A DNA stretch of 64,000 nt from the human T2T-CHM13v2.0 reference genome, Homo sapiens: NCBI RefSeq assembly GCF_009914755.1, contig NC_060933.1; one strand, given 5' to 3'. A program made the position numbers and the translations under genes. Numbering within the stretch: position 1 is the stretch's first letter; every line of letters starts with the position of its first letter. The notes beneath the pieces are model-generated. The model did not search any database. It saw nothing but the letters and a program-made list of their open reading frames with translations, and had not been told where the DNA came from. Shown piece by piece: positions 30,191-60,080 of this stretch.

Positions 30191-30560
30191 AAGCTTTCTG
30201 GACCTCATCTTCCTCTTTTATGAAATGAGACTAATTCTCCACTATGAGGTAATCATGCCCTGTTGCATATTCAGTGCATCTCACTAAATTAGCCTGGTCA
30301 TCTTTAAATTTTTTAGTATAAGTACACCTGCTGGAAATCCAGACTTTCCCACTTGACCAGATATATTCCCCAGAGGTCAGGACTAATAATCCCCAGATAT
30401 GGTGATGGCATTGTTTTCTTCCTCTGCCCTGATGCCCCACCCTGAGCTTCAGGGGCAAGCCTTTCCCTAATGATTCTTTCACTGGCAGTTCATTATTTCA
30501 GCGCATTGCTGTGGAAAGCTCTATATAAGTATTTGTTGCTTAAAAGTTGGGGAATCCCTT

Positions 30561-30858
30561 GGACGGGCATGGTGGCTCACGCCTGTAATCCCAGCGTTTT
30601 GGGAGGCCAAGGCAGGAGGATCACTTAAGCCCAGGAGTTTGAGACCAGCCTAGGCAACATAGTGAGACCACATTTCTATAAAAACGTTTTTTTCTTAATT
30701 AGTGGGGCGTGGTGGTGCCTGTAGTCCCAGCTATTCAGGAGGCTGAGGTGAGAGGATCACTTGAGCCCAGGAGGTCGGGGCTGCAGTGAACCATGATCAC
30801 ACCACTGAACTCCAGCATGGGTGACAGAGTGAGACTCTGTCTCAAAAACAAACAAAAA
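30561..30858 (+). mobile_element. AluJ
   Basis: Alu dimer; TSD similar to aaaa(g/t)ttgggaatccc. Confidence 0.9.
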
Positions 30859-31026
30859 TTTGGGAATCCCAAGTCTGTTCTATTTCTGTAATAGTGGACA
30901 CATTTTCAGAAGGGCGTGAGGACTTTTCTGAGTCTGAAAACCTAAAATTCTCTAATTGACAATTTTGAATATCTTTGGGAGGAAATGCACAATCCATGAC
31001 CAGACCAGAATATACTGAGAAAGTAA

Positions 31027-31032
31027 TTTATT
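31027..31032 (-). terminator. Probable distal poly(A) signal of GGTA1 (3'UTR about 1.9 kb)
   Basis: AATAAA on the minus strand followed by U/GU-rich sequence (ttactttctcagtatattctggtctggtc). Confidence 0.55.
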
Positions 31033-32928
31033 TAATTGTAAATTGGGACATTTTTTAAAAAGTTTAGTAATAACGATTAACAAGATTATGAATTTGTCCA
31101 TTGGGGATTTAAACTTTAATGAAGTTTTTTAAAAAAATCAAGAAATTCCTTTAAAAGTAAACATTAGTCCTTTGCTCTAAACTTTCAGGCTAGATCATTT
31201 CTTTGGGTCAGGACTTAAAAACCCTTAAGCTCTGCCTACTCCAGACTGAATCCAAGACAACCTGACTAATAGAGAAGCAGGAGTCTTAACTGATGTGTGA
31301 TCTACTTTTTCAAAGCCCTGCTTTTTCCTTTTCAAAGCCCACTAATTCAGGGTTTTTGTTTTGTTTTGTTGGATGTGAGATTTTCTGGCAAAAAATGAAG
31401 TAGGAGGCACGGTGAAATGGTCGAGAAAAATCTAAGTTTCATTTTATCAAAGAAGCTCATTGCAGTATACATCAGGCTAGTGCAATGGCTCTTCAAATAA
31501 ATTGCTTGAAAATGGAAACAAATGACCGAGACTGGAACACAAGCAAAACATAAATATACGTGCATAGGTACACACTGTCTCCTAACTCCCTTTACATTGA
31601 TTTGGTTAACTTTAAATAATATGTAGGATTTCACAGCTTCTCTTAGAGAAGGGAATTGAATGTTAAGCTGTTCAGTCATGATAACTAGATCTTCCATTGT
31701 TATGGCTCATGCTTCTGTTACCAAATCAATTAGCCATTTTGCCAAGTATGTCTAATTATTACACTTCTATAGTGCAGATGGAGCAGGAGAGAACAAGAGG
31801 TTACTTGATGGGAGGGCTGTTTCTCCAGTCTACTCCTTGATGTCAGTCCTCCAAGTTGGGGTATGATGGGCTGAGGAACCCTGAGGTTTAGACTAGCTAA
31901 GTGGTGACCGAGTGTCTTCTGATGAAGCCCACATCCTAGAAACAGAACTGCTTGCAAGCCTCTTCAATCCACTGCAGGCCTTTGCCTTCTCTGACACCAT
32001 CCACATCTCTTTACCAAGGATTTGAAGATGCAAGTTGCAGAGTCTGGTAGACTGAATACCACTTAGGCAACACAAGAAACATCTTCCGTTCAAGTCCCTG
32101 AACATAGGGTCAATGAGATTGGAAATCACCCACACTTCCTCCCATTCAGTACCTGGATCTGTGATGTATTTAAGCACCAACCCCATACCCTAAGTGCCCT
32201 CAGGGTGGCACTGCCCCACAGTGATTGGCTCCTCTCTTCCACTCTCTCTTCGCTATTTCATGGCAAACTCATGTCAAGGCTTTGTTTTGACTTCATGCTG
32301 GGCACCTTGGCTCATTCAGGTTCCTTGGGACTCTGATCACACACCACCATGATATCTACTGGGACACTCCACCAATCTTTCGCACAGAAGCCAAACAACA
32401 TCCAGATGAGAAAAGGACGGACTACAGATGGTCTGAAGCAATCTGCTATTGAAGCTTTTTGAGGATTGCCAAGGCAAATGGTGTCTTTACTGAGAGTTCT
32501 GCTGCACAGTAACTCCATGTTGCTTTAGACCCATCAGAAATAGGCAGACATTGAACTCAAGGGACAACCCCTTACAATCATATCTTGCTGCCAAACGCTT
32601 CCCTTAGCACCCTTTTCTCCAGATGTCATCTGGCATGTGTAGAGTGTTTCTGGCTTTATCTCTGCCTATGACAAGTTATTTTTGGTTCAGTTGATAGTAT
32701 TTCCCCCAAACCCAGAATAGATAAGAAATCACTGGGAATTTATATCTGATTGCCCTAGATTCATTCTTCCACATTACAAAGCCCCAAGTTACAAGGAGGA
32801 ATGGTATGTTTTTGCCCTGTTGGTGTTTCATTAGTATTTTTTGAAGTTAAAATTAAGTGTTACTTTTCTGAGGAAGTAGCCAGAATATTTCTCTCTTAAA
32901 TTCAGAAATCTACTGGCACAATTTGAAG

Positions 32929-33772
<844 letters not shown>

Positions 33773-34677
33773 TTATGGTTAGTAGGAGAATGATTTCTCC
33801 TACCCCAGGTGTGTTTTCATGTTAGTGTAATACCCCGGCTACTCTCCACCATTCAGTCACTCAGTCCGTGGGGAGCTGGAATGACTTATCTCACTGCCAA
33901 TTTTGGAAGAGCAACTAGAACTAGATATGCACTACCCTATCCTTCCTCTCCTCTGGCTCTTAGGAGCCAGCCAGTCCAAGAGAGCATGTGTTCTCAACTG
34001 CTCTGGGTTTTACAGGAAGCTTAGTACAGGATCTATTCTCACATCCAGAGGCCTGTAGGTGCCTGGATGCTTAAGTCTTTCTAACTCTGGGGGTTACATA
34101 TTTAGGAGGCCCAGGGTTTGCAGATATAAGCCACATTCTCCAATATCAGCTTTAACTATAATGAAAGTAATATTTACCACCCTCTGCCTTCCTTACCCCT
34201 TTGTCCAATTTACCAATTGGTTCAGATTTTGGACAGTCAAAGGGGGTACTAGTTCTTGATCTCCATTCAAAAGCCCTAACATAAACCCCAATGTTGCTAC
34301 TGCCAGACCAGATACAAGGGTGATGTGACCCTTGGATCCACTGGGGATGCATTAAGCCCAAACAGCAGCACTCTCTTGTCCTCTGTGATACAGAGAATGA
34401 GTTATGAGATCTAGATCTGCCTTCATGTTACATAGTCATCCTATGAGCCTCCCACTAGTCACTTAAAACACCAATCCATTGTCCACACACCATCATCCAA
34501 AATACTAGTCCATCCGAATACTAGAATGAGCAACTTCTGATTTAACCTTATTTTAACTACTTTATCTTAAAAAAAGGACTATGTTAGCAGTAAGCCACAT
34601 TCGGTGGCTGAGTAAATGTAGATGAAAAGAGAAGATAAAAAAATTAAAAGAAATTTAAAAAAGGAAAAATAAGGACT

Positions 34678-35535
34678 ATTTTTTTAGAGAAGTTTTATGT
34701 TCACAGAAAAATTGCGCCAAAAGTACAGAGTTCTCATATACCTCCTGCTCCCACATTTGCACAGCCCCACCCCTCCACTATCAACATCCCTGCACCAGAG
34801 TGATACATTTGTTACAATCGATGAAGCTACACTGACATATCACTATCACCCAACATCCATAGTTTACATTAGGGTTCACTCTTGGTGTGGTACATTCTAA
34901 GGGTTTAACAAAAGTATAATGACATGTATCCACCATTATAGTATCATACAAAATAGCATCACTGCCCTAAAAATTCTCTGAGCTTTGCTCATTAATCCCT
35001 GCCTCCCTGAACAACCCTGAACAATCACTGACCTTTTTACTGTCTCCATAGTTTTACCTTTTCCAGAATGTCATATAAGCACACAGCATGTAGCCTTTTC
35101 AGTGTGGCTTCTTTTACTTAGTAACATATCTTTTCATGACTTGATAGCTCATTTATTTTTAGCATGGAATAATAGTCCATTGTCTGAATGTGACTTAGTT
35201 CATTTTTCTATTCACCTACCAAAGGACATTGTGGTTGCTCTCAAGTTTTGGCAATTATGAAATAAAGCTTCTGTAAATATCCATGTGCAGGTTTTTTTGT
35301 AGACATAAGTTTTTAACTCATTTGGGTGAATACCAAGGAGTACGATTGCTGGATCGTGTGGTAAGAATATATTTAGTTTTGTAAGAAACTGCCAAATTGT
35401 CTTCCAAAGTGGCTGTACCATTTTGCATTCCTACCAGCAATGAATAAGTGTTCCTGTTGCTCCACATCCTTGTCAGCATTTGGTGTTGTCAGTGTTTTGA
35501 ATTTTGGCCATTCTAGTAGGTATTTAGTGGTATTT
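34678..35535 (-). mobile_element. L1MC-like 3' fragment
   Basis: gttcacagaaaaattg...aagtacagagttc...ccaccagagtgatacatttgttacaatcgatgaa; translation QPLWKTIWQFLTKLNI. Confidence 0.8.
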
Positions 35536-35583
35536 TAACTATTCATCTATTCATTTGAAAAGCATTGCACGCCGTCTCCCATT

Positions 35584-35936
<353 letters not shown>

Positions 35937-37129
35937 CTATAGACTATTTGTGAAGCTATGCTATGGAGATTACCAGGAAGAGGAAGAATAAGCCAGTTGG
36001 CTTAATACAACTTGACCAAACCCTAAACACACGTGGACTGAATTTAATGTGCTGATCACACTACTGGCCAATCATGGTGTTTTGTGAGTAAAGTGAATGG
36101 CACTTCTTTTCGCTTTTTGTTGCTGCTTGGATTCCCTTTATTTGTTACCAAAATAAAGTGTGCTTTTAATGTTGGCATGTGGTAATCCAAGGGTTTATAG
36201 TATTGATTCTTTAAATGAAGAGAATATATCTGAGGAATATAAAAAGGGACTTCAGTGTGGCTCTGTGGCTAGTGGCCAGGAAATCCTTCAGTATTCTGGG
36301 ACTTCGAGAAAAATCTATTGTGCCCTGAAGCTTGGGAAACAATACTGGGGTGGGGTGGCGGGGGGGTGGTTTAGTACAGGAGAGATTCATTTTGAGGTTT
36401 CACATTGTTTAGAGATTAAAGCACTGCAGTTGGCTCCATGCATTGTTGCTTGAAAACAAACCAAACATTACACCTCCTAAAAGTCCAAATCCACTTGTAA
36501 AGATTTATTGCTGCTGAGTACAAACAGTCCTCCCTTGTCTCAGAGCTGAGGGCAGAATGCTTTCACCAGGATGTGCAATTTACAGTTTAGTTGTGCAGAG
36601 TTGGAACTGGATGGCTGAAGCCATTGTGGGGCATTGGGCAACGTTTTGTTCTTTTTGGAAACACCAGGATCAAATCAATCTGCAACGTGGCTGGGTTATC
36701 CCCTTTTGTGCCAAAGGATTAGGTGAGCTGGGTGGTTCACCTAATCTAATTAGGTGGCTCCCAACCTATATGAGTAGAGATTCTTCTGGTAAACATGTCA
36801 AAACTCCACAGTCACCTTTCTCTGTTAGAGAGACCACATAGGTCCCTAGGATCAGCACATTCAGTGACATTAGAACTTGATTGGTATTGTTAATGACGGA
36901 ACAGTAATAGCTGCTGGGCTCTGGGTTGGGGAAGGTTATCTTTGGAGAACTATCAGATCTTTACAGAGCTCTCTTTTAAGCCCCACCTTGGCAAAGCTCA
37001 GATCAACCTGAGCCTTCAAGTCTCTTTATACAAGGCAAAGGAATCGACTTTCCATGAAGCTTCTTCAGAAGAGATATAGAGGGAAAGGCCCAGAGGGCAG
37101 AAAAAAAAATAGGAAAATTGGACTTTTAG

Positions 37130-37508
<379 letters not shown>

Positions 37509-38167
37509 TAGAGCTAGAACTTTCAAGTAAGAATGATCGTAGTTTTTCTGCGTCATATGTTCTGAACAAGGGAGTTGAAACTGGAACCTATCCAACCTTT
37601 GGAAGAGCAAGCTCTGACCAGCAAATCTTCTAGGGCCAAATCCTCCATGAGAGAAAAAGTAGAAGTGATCTGAGGAACCCATGGAAGAGTGGTCAGCTGT
37701 GTTCCAGTGTGGAAAGCCACTGTGCTTAGGTCACTCAGCACCTAGAACTTGCTATAAATCTCTCTGTAGTTGGTCCTGGGCCGTAGAGCATAGGAAAAAG
37801 AATGATGCACTCTGGGCTGTCTAGCAGCTAGCACTTGTGGAATTTCTAAAGGAAGCCATGGTGGTCAGGGAGGAGGTGGTTGTGGGTATGCTGTTGACCC
37901 TGGGCTTGGTGGGTGGAACAGACATGTTTTCCTGCAACCCAAGTCCCTCATTTTGAGGTAGGAATGAGTGGACTTACCTACTATTATTTTGTTCTCAGCA
38001 TTTTAGGGCCTCAGCAGAAAGGAGACTGAACCAGTTCCATGAAAACATTCTCCTATCTAATAAATCAAAAAATCATGACTGGCTTCCATCAGTTCAGGAG
38101 TCTCCACACAAATGTTTTGACAGTGGAACAAGAGACAGTCAAGGACAGTTTTATCAGTGACATCTAC

Positions 38168-38305
38168 CTTCCAATAGCAAAAACCATCAACCGCACGGTA
38201 ATTTTCTGTTTGGCATAATAATTTCCTAGGATGGCTTTGTTGAAAGTGCCTTCCCACACAACCGGCGCCTTCCATCTGGTCACTGTCACAACCTCTGGGT
38301 GTTTC
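38168..38305 (-). pseudogene. GGTA1: GGTA1 exon 8, 138 bp, start of catalytic domain
   Basis: cag|GAAACACCCAGAGG...GCTATTGGAAG|gtag; encodes [46 protein letters not shown]. Confidence 0.95.
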
Positions 38306-38474
38306 CTGGTGATAAAACGTAGAGTTCCCTGAGTCAGGGCAGCTTTGCCATTGTGGGGCAGAGACTGTCCAAGGATAAGGGGGGTCAGCTATGATCTGCA
38401 GGGACTGTCCTTGAATCCTGACTGTAGCTTAACGCCAAACACTTGGCTGGGAGGTATGCCATTTGCAGGGGTAG

Positions 38475-38842
<368 letters not shown>

Positions 38843-40756
38843 CTCTCAGGGCTATTTTGGGGGGCCCTTATGAGGCTCTTATCTCTACATCTCATACCTT
38901 CTTACCTCTTCTACTTTATTTTTTCTCTTCCTACTTCTAAATCCCTTTCCCTACTTTCCCAGCCCCTTCCTAAGCTACTAGTAGCACCTTTGGGTGTTAT
39001 TTATCCCTGTGGATGTCATCTGAGCCTAAGGAGATCCTAAGCCTTGATAAAGGCGGATGAGAGAGTGACATTAGATTAGAAAGAGAAAAAGCTGTTTCCA
39101 TTTGCCTTTTGCTAGAAGAGATATCTGGGTGGGAACCTGGTCATTGGACAAAAAGGGCCCCAGATTAAAGGGATTCTGATGTTACTGCTTACTTTACAAA
39201 CCAGGAGACAAAGGCGCCAGAAAGGAAGGCATTTGATGGAGGCCCAGCAAGGCCAAGACTGGAGCCTAGGGCTCTGGCAAGGACCTTCTCCTTAGACCAG
39301 GAGCATCTTTACTAGGAACACAAAAGGGGTGAGAGGGAGGGCTCTGTGCTGTGCTCAGAGAGCTGGAATGGGACTTGGCAAGGCCAAAGCAAAACAGGAA
39401 GCTATAACAAAGCACAAAACCCTGAAGTCCTGAAGGGTAAATGCAGAAAGCACAGAGCCGCAGGGGCCCCAGCATGAGGGTGAAAGCTCCAGGCAGGGGG
39501 AGGCTCTGACTCCCTATTGGCTCAGGAGGTGGCTGCATTTTCCCCGTTGGGAAGCAGAGACTGGCACAGGTCATTTAGATTCAAACCCCAGTATGGGCCT
39601 GGCACCCTGCTTGGCATTTGCTTGTACTTTACTGGATTCACTGTGGGCAGCATCTTAGTTCAACCCCAGGAAGGCAAGTGATTGGGGCAAAGTCCTGGTG
39701 ATCCCTACTGGCTGCACTGCCGTGGTCCTGGTGAGGCTGTCAAGGAGACGTTAGCAAATACGTCGGGCCAGCATGGCCAGTGGAGGCCTGGGTTTTCACA
39801 GAACCGCCCTACCCATCAGCAAAGTTGGGTTTTTCCCACAGCGAGGCTGATAGTACAGCTGGGTCATCCCCTGCCTCATCCCAGCCTCAGAGTGGAAAAG
39901 GGGCCTCAGTAGACTCTCCTCTCGGGCCTCCCGTCCCTTGTCCCCAAACGCTGCACCCTGTAGTTCTTGAGCTGACTCTGCCCTCCCACCCCAGCCGCAG
40001 GCATGACATCTGGTCTGCTTCCCAGATTCCACCACAGCTGGAACTGGCCTGCTTCCTACATTTCACCCCCAATGCTGAAATTGCTCCAGGTTTGTCCAGA
40101 TGGCAGACAGGGGAAACACTTTCAGGGTGCTCTCCTGGTTCACCACATCTTGTCTGGAGTCTCAAACTCTAAGACTTAGCTCTGCCCTCAGCACCCCAGG
40201 TACGCCTGCTGCATGGAGGACACAGTTGCCCTTGGTTTCCTTCAATCATGAAAGAAGCTACTGTGCACTCTGCACCAACCTGTGCCAGGCACCCACCACG
40301 TACACTTTCTCATTTAGTCTCTGCAACAGCCCTGCAATGTATCATGTCCATGGTCCAGGTAAGAAAACCAAGTCTCAGAGCAGCTTATTATCTTGTCCAA
40401 GGCCAAACACCTGGTCACTAATGATGCAAGCTAACACACACTGAGCAATTCCTTTGGGACCACGCACTGTGCAAAGGGCTCACTCACCCTTCTGAGGTAG
40501 GTGCTATTTTGATTCCCATTTTATCAATGAAGAAACTAGCACAGATAAGTCAAACAACTTGCCTGAGGTTGCACAGCTGGTAGGGGTTAAAGCTGGGATT
40601 TAAACAAGATCTGCTGACTCTGGAGTCCATGCTCTGAGCTGAGCTACCACGTACACTATTTCTTATATGCCTTTTCATTCCTCTGCTGATGAAGTTGGGG
40701 TTAAAACCCAGGTTTGTCCAGATCTAAAGGTAACCCTATTTCCACTTAAAAAATAA

Positions 40757-53955
<13,199 letters not shown>

Positions 53956-54043
53956 CTAGGAAAAAAGAAGAGGGGAGAAAAAAAGAGAACAGATTAAATC
54001 AATGAACTTCAAGAGGCAGTTTTTAAAAAATGCTTTTACCCCG

Positions 54044-54658
54044 TTCTTTTTTAAAATTACTACTATACTTTAAGTTCTGGGATACATGTGCAGAACGTGC
54101 AGGTTTGTTACATAGGTATACACGTGCCATGGTGGTGCACCCAGCAACCCATCATCTACATTAGGTATTTCTCCTAATGATATCCCTCCCCTAGCCCCCC
54201 ATCCCCTGACAGGCCCCGGTGTGCGATGTTCCCCTCCCTGTGTCCAGGTGTTCTCATAGTTCACCTCCCACTTACGAGTGAGAACATGCGGTGTTTGGTT
54301 TTCTGTTCCTGTGTTAGTTTGCTGAGAATGATGGTTTCCAGCTTCATCCATGTCCCAGCAAAGGACATGAACTCATCCTTTTTTATGGCTGCATAGTATT
54401 CTATGGTGTATATGTGCCACATTTTCTTTATCCAGTCTATCATTGATGGGCATTTGGGTTGATTTCAAGTCTTTGCTATAGTGAATAGTGCTGCAATAAA
54501 CACATGTGTGCATGTATCTTTATAATAGAATGATTTATAATCCTTTAGGTATATACCCAGTAATAGGATTGCTAAGTCAACTGGTATTTCTGGTTCTAGA
54601 TCCCTGAGGAATCGCCACACTGTCTTCCACAATGGTTGAACTAATTTACATGCCCACC
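54044..54658 (-). mobile_element. L1PA (L1PA7/8-like) short 3' fragment
   Basis: [35 protein letters not shown] plus L1 3'UTR. Confidence 0.92.
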
Positions 54659-55672
54659 TAATTCTTTCTAAAAGGATACATTTAGGATGATCTAACTAGA
54701 GCTGAGGAGTCTGTTCTACCTTAAATTGCATAGACCTGCAGTGGCAGATCATGCCAATTTGGTTAATAGAGGAGGCTGCCTCCATTGGCAAGGGTGCTAA
54801 GGCCACACTGGGGCTCAGAGGGGAGGTATCCCTATCTGCCATGGATGTAGGAGACAATGGAAGTAGCTGTACATGGTTCCCAGGGACTCCAGTTGCCTCC
54901 CAAGTCTGATCGCCCCACCTTTTATCTCGTGACTGTGAGGAGCCACCCCATCCCCAACCTCCATGCCCTTGGTATAGTGATAACACATTCCCTTGCTCAG
55001 AGGAGAAAATGACCCTGGGTTTACAAGCTAGGCCCCATCCACTTCCCAGCTACCCCCAGCGTAGCCTCATCACACTCACAGGCAAGCAAAAAAAATGGTA
55101 CACAGCAGGTGCATAGATATTCCCTGATCGCTGCGTGAAACTGCTTAAAAAAGCAGGGGTGCTGTGTGAAGAATAACAGGCCAGGAAGTACTTTAATGTG
55201 GGTGATCAGGGAAGGCTCACTGTGTAGGTAAAAGTAAAGTCGAGTCCCAAGGGATAAAGAGGGATGGAAAAGGATGAAAAGCACCATAAGAAGGAATGAG
55301 ACTATTTTGGGAGCAGCATATGTAACAGGCTGACAGGTGAAAAAACTTCTTGTATTTAAACAGACAGCATTAAAGAAGAAAAATACTGTCACCTCAGCAT
55401 GGCTGGATCCAAGGAGGGGTGCTAGTTGGCAACAGGATGGCGGACAGGGCAAATAGACGATGAAAGGCATGGGAGGGAGGAAAGGGAGCCACAAGCACCT
55501 TGGAAGCCAGAGAATAACCAGATTTAACTTCATGCAGAGATGCCTGCCTGTGTGCTGGGGTGTGGAGGGTAGATCAGAGCTGACAGCAGCGTGGAGAATG
55601 AGGTGGCAGACTACTCTGATGGCCAAAACGAAGGGGTGGCTGTATTGCATACATGTTTTTTTCTTGGCTATA

Positions 55673-56209
55673 TGTTATGATGTTTTCACATCTTCAAAAA
55701 CCTCTCTGGCTGAGGAGATAATGTCCTCTTCTATGACTAGCCAGTTCTTAGAGATAGCCAGGGCTCAGCTAGAAGCATGCCTTTGATATACAAATGAACC
55801 AATCCTGAGCTGTAGATCTTCACCTGCCCTGCACACCCCAGGAGGCAATATGACTTGGCCTTAAGCATCCCATCAGGGCCAGGTACGGGACAACTAGGGG
55901 CCATCCCTACAGCCTAAAGCCCTCTGAAATTACTCAAACTAGTCCATCCTAAACTGTTCACCCTGCACTGTCTTTCCCATGGAAACCTCAATAAGGGCTC
56001 TGGCCTCAGTCTTCCCCTTGCTGCCTGTCTTCTGTCTCCTGACCACCCTTGTGTCTTTCCCATGTGGTCCCATGTGGTCCCATATGGTGTGCTATGCCTC
56101 CTGTCTTTGGGACCCGTGAGCATAATAAACATTGTTTTTTCCTGAGCTTTTCCTGTGTCTCCTCTTGTGATCACACTGGACTGACCATCACATAAAAGAA
56201 TACATAACA
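55673..56209 (+). mobile_element. ERV1-class solo LTR (MER39-like)
   Basis: tg...ca termini (tgttatga...cataaca); gccaggtac...caactag...ctgaaattactcaaactag; AATAAA near 56124. Confidence 0.6.
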
Positions 56210-56239
56210 GTGGCCTGTGTTAAAAAGTAGGTAGAGAGA

Positions 56240-57190
56240 TGGAAAGTGGTAGATTAATCAAAATATACCTTGGCAAGAGAATTGATAGGATTTGGCTGGT
56301 CATGTAGGTGTCAGGGACAAGGGAGAAGAAAGAAACAAGGTTTCTGTCTAAGCAGTCAGGTGGACAATTGTAAAATTTTCTGAGATGTGTTGGATGGAAG
56401 AGGAATTGGTTTGAGGGGTAAGAATCATGAGTTCCCACTTGAATATGTTAATTTTGAGGTGTCTACACACTCCTAAATGGAGATGACAAGAGGCAAACAG
56501 ACATTCAAGTCTGAAGTTCAACAGAGATATGGGCTAGACATGCAGTTGGAAGAGTTGTTCACATATGGAAGGTAGTTAATGTGAAGGAAATGAATGAGGC
56601 TGTAACTGTCTTTGCAAAATTATAACTAAATAAATTATGACAGTGAAAGACATCAGACCTAACCAATTCCATCTTGCTCCTAACCTCTAACCTGTCATCC
56701 ATTCCTGGGTGTAGGCTTAATTAGCCTTGGGAAGGAATTTAGTTTATAGTTTAAATAATAGCCCTTCCCAAAAGCTAAACTGTTCTTGTAAAATGAATGA
56801 AGGCCACCAGCCACCAAGTTAGAATGAGAGGGGCTGGAATTCTAAATATTACCAGCCATTATTCTGGAGGTCATAAGATTTTCAGGGAGACTGATTTGAG
56901 TAATAATAAAACTTCAGTCTCCCGCATAGCGGGCTCTGTGTGAATTACTCTTTTCTCCTTTGCAATTCCCCTGTCTTGATAAATCAGCTCTGTCTAGGCA
57001 GCGGGCAAGGTGAACCCCTTGGGCGGTTACAAGGTTACCTTGTGAGAGAATGTAGAGAGAGGAAAAGGAAAGAAGCCGGCCCTGGGCTGAAGCCTGAAAA
57101 TGTCAACATTTTGAAGTAGGATTGAGAAGAAACCCGGGAGGGAGGAAGAAAACCAAGACTGTGGACCTCTGGAAGCTAAGAGGAGACAGT
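56240..57190 (-). mobile_element. L2 fragment split by LTR8
   Basis: aggattt...gaatatgttaattttgaggtg...gggctagacatgcagttgg, typical of L2. Confidence 0.6.
56601..57031 (+). mobile_element. LTR8 solo LTR, internally deleted
   Basis: ctttgcaaaattataact...gggcaaggtgaaccccttgggcggttaca; TSD aggc/aggt. Confidence 0.82.
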
Positions 57191-58064
57191 GGCCAGCCAC
57201 ACACCAAATGTCATTGCTTTGTGAAACCACATCCCACCCCTGCCCACCCAGCAGCTGAGTCCCCCTTCTCTTCTTGGGCTCCCCCTGTCTATTCACGTTG
57301 CTGTACATGTTGTTTTTGGAGGTGGCTCTGCCTCCGGTATCAGTTAGTCTGTGAGCTTCCTGAGTGCAGGAGGTGTGTTTTATTCAACCCTGAATCCCCA
57401 GTGCCTCACATAGAGTACACGAGGCACTCCATTAATGTTTGCTGAGTGAATGAAATCAAATAAGAATGATACTTAAATTTGTTCTCTGGACACAGGTCAT
57501 TTTCCAATTCTTTTCAAAGAGATTTCTTAGATGATTCCAGACTCAGATCTCATATCTTACAAACCCTTTATTATGAAATCCAGTTAAAGAAGAGAAAGAG
57601 TGGGATCTTCAGAAAGTGAGCTCTGTTTGGAAACAAAAAAGCTGGGCTGAATTCAATGTTATAACCCAACTTCCAGCTTTCCACACAACTGTGATGGGCA
57701 GTATTCCACAGACCCTGAGATGACGAGTTTGCTGGGTAAAGATAGTCTCAGGCCTCTTCCCTCTAAATACCATATGAGCCAGCACATACAGCCCCAGACC
57801 CGTGGCAAAGTCAGAAAAGGCAGATGGCTGCAGGCAACTCATCCCCCACTGCTGAGAAAAGTCACTAGAGTCTGCATCCGAAGCACCAGCATTGAGTGCT
57901 GGAAAAGTCTTAGTTTCGGGTGCAAAAACCTAAGGCTGTGGCCACCTCTCTGTGCCGATGTCCTCACTTCCAGAGAAGTGGGGATGGTGGTAGCCACAGG
58001 CTTTGGAGTGATGTGGGGATGTGAGTCTCAACTTTGACAAATGAAGCTGGGTAACCCTGAGCAG

Positions 58065-58338
58065 TGGCCCTCATCAACAACTCCAGAAAGCTCTGAAAAC
58101 CCAACACCTTTTTGTAATTCAATTGGCATCAAGGCCCTAACTGACATGAGGCCATTTATAATCTTTATCCCACTGAGTGAGGCTGTTTAAACATTTCTAT
58201 GCATAAATATTGATGTATTTTATTATGTGGTGCTGCTGCACCAGGAATGTTATATATGATACATAATCCATGTCCAAAAAATTCTGAATTCCAACACATC
58301 TGGCCCCAGGGTTTCAGATAAGGGATTGTGGACCTCTA
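58065..58338. mobile_element. Tigger-type MITE (MER46C-like)
   Basis: ctgaattccaacacatctggccccagggtttcagataagggattgtggacct. Confidence 0.55.
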
Positions 58339-59060
58339 CTGGATCACATTAAATTAATAGTGATGATTACAAGAGATAATGTTGCCCATAAAATACTTAG
58401 CACTGTGCCTGGCATCGTATAAATGCAGAAGAAAAAAAAAAGTCCACTAGTTCTTATTACTGATAGCCATAAAACAGGCTGTTGGGAGGATGCAATGAGA
58501 TAGCACAGTGCCTGGTATTTAGCAAGTGCTCAAAACAGATTTGAAGGAAAGAAAGGAGGGATTTGGAATAAGAACATGTTATACAATGAAGTGCAAATAA
58601 ATGCAAATGAAGGACTCTAAAGGTTTACCCATCTGTTCTGTGTCATAGCCTGATTAAGGATGCCTCAGAAGTGGGATGTGACTTTGATTCTCTTTGATCA
58701 AGCCTCAGGCGCTGCTACAACCCCCTATGTGTGCCGAGGAGGCAACAGAGAGGCTGGCTGTGTGTCCCAAGCCTTGCCAACCCCACCTGCTGAGGATCAA
58801 ATGCAAATTGTAAGGAACGTTAGGCAGAGAAAGGTGAAAACTCTCACGGTTGGAAACATTAGCGCTTACATCAGGGATAGCCCGAATCAGACATACCTCC
58901 AAATCCCCGCTCCAAATACAGAGATGTTTATGATTTTTTTTTATTCCAAAAATTAGCATCAGAAGCAACTCTTGAAGCCCACTTCTTTCTGGAGCTTATC
59001 TATGGCTTGAATCTGCCTGCTTTTTTGCTGTGGTCAATCGTTACTCTTGTTTAAGACTTA

Positions 59061-59405
<345 letters not shown>

Positions 59406-59641
59406 TCAGCAAAGCACTACAAATAGGCGGTGACATGCTTCCTGGAATCTGGAATCCAAGCCTCCAGGGAGGAAAGGTTGGCAGGGTGGCCAATGGGTCT
59501 TTTAAAACATTTTTATTTTTCTCTCTGGACAAAAAAATGAGGCATTTGGCAGCCATTGTGGTCTAAAAGTTCTTCCCTTGTGTGTTTGTCTCTCTGAATT
59601 TTCAACTGTGTAATTCTGAAGACTGGTGGTTCACTGTCCTA

Positions 59642-60080
<439 letters not shown>

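Noticed and set aside
34152-34361. Possible extra GGTA1 exon (GTAAGG donor-like site near 34192)
   Set aside because: No similarity to GT6 proteins and not needed in the exon chain; cannot be supported without transcript data.
55021-55650. 209-aa minus-strand ORF
   Set aside because: No recognisable domain or splice context; lies in degenerate repeat-like intronic DNA; likely chance.
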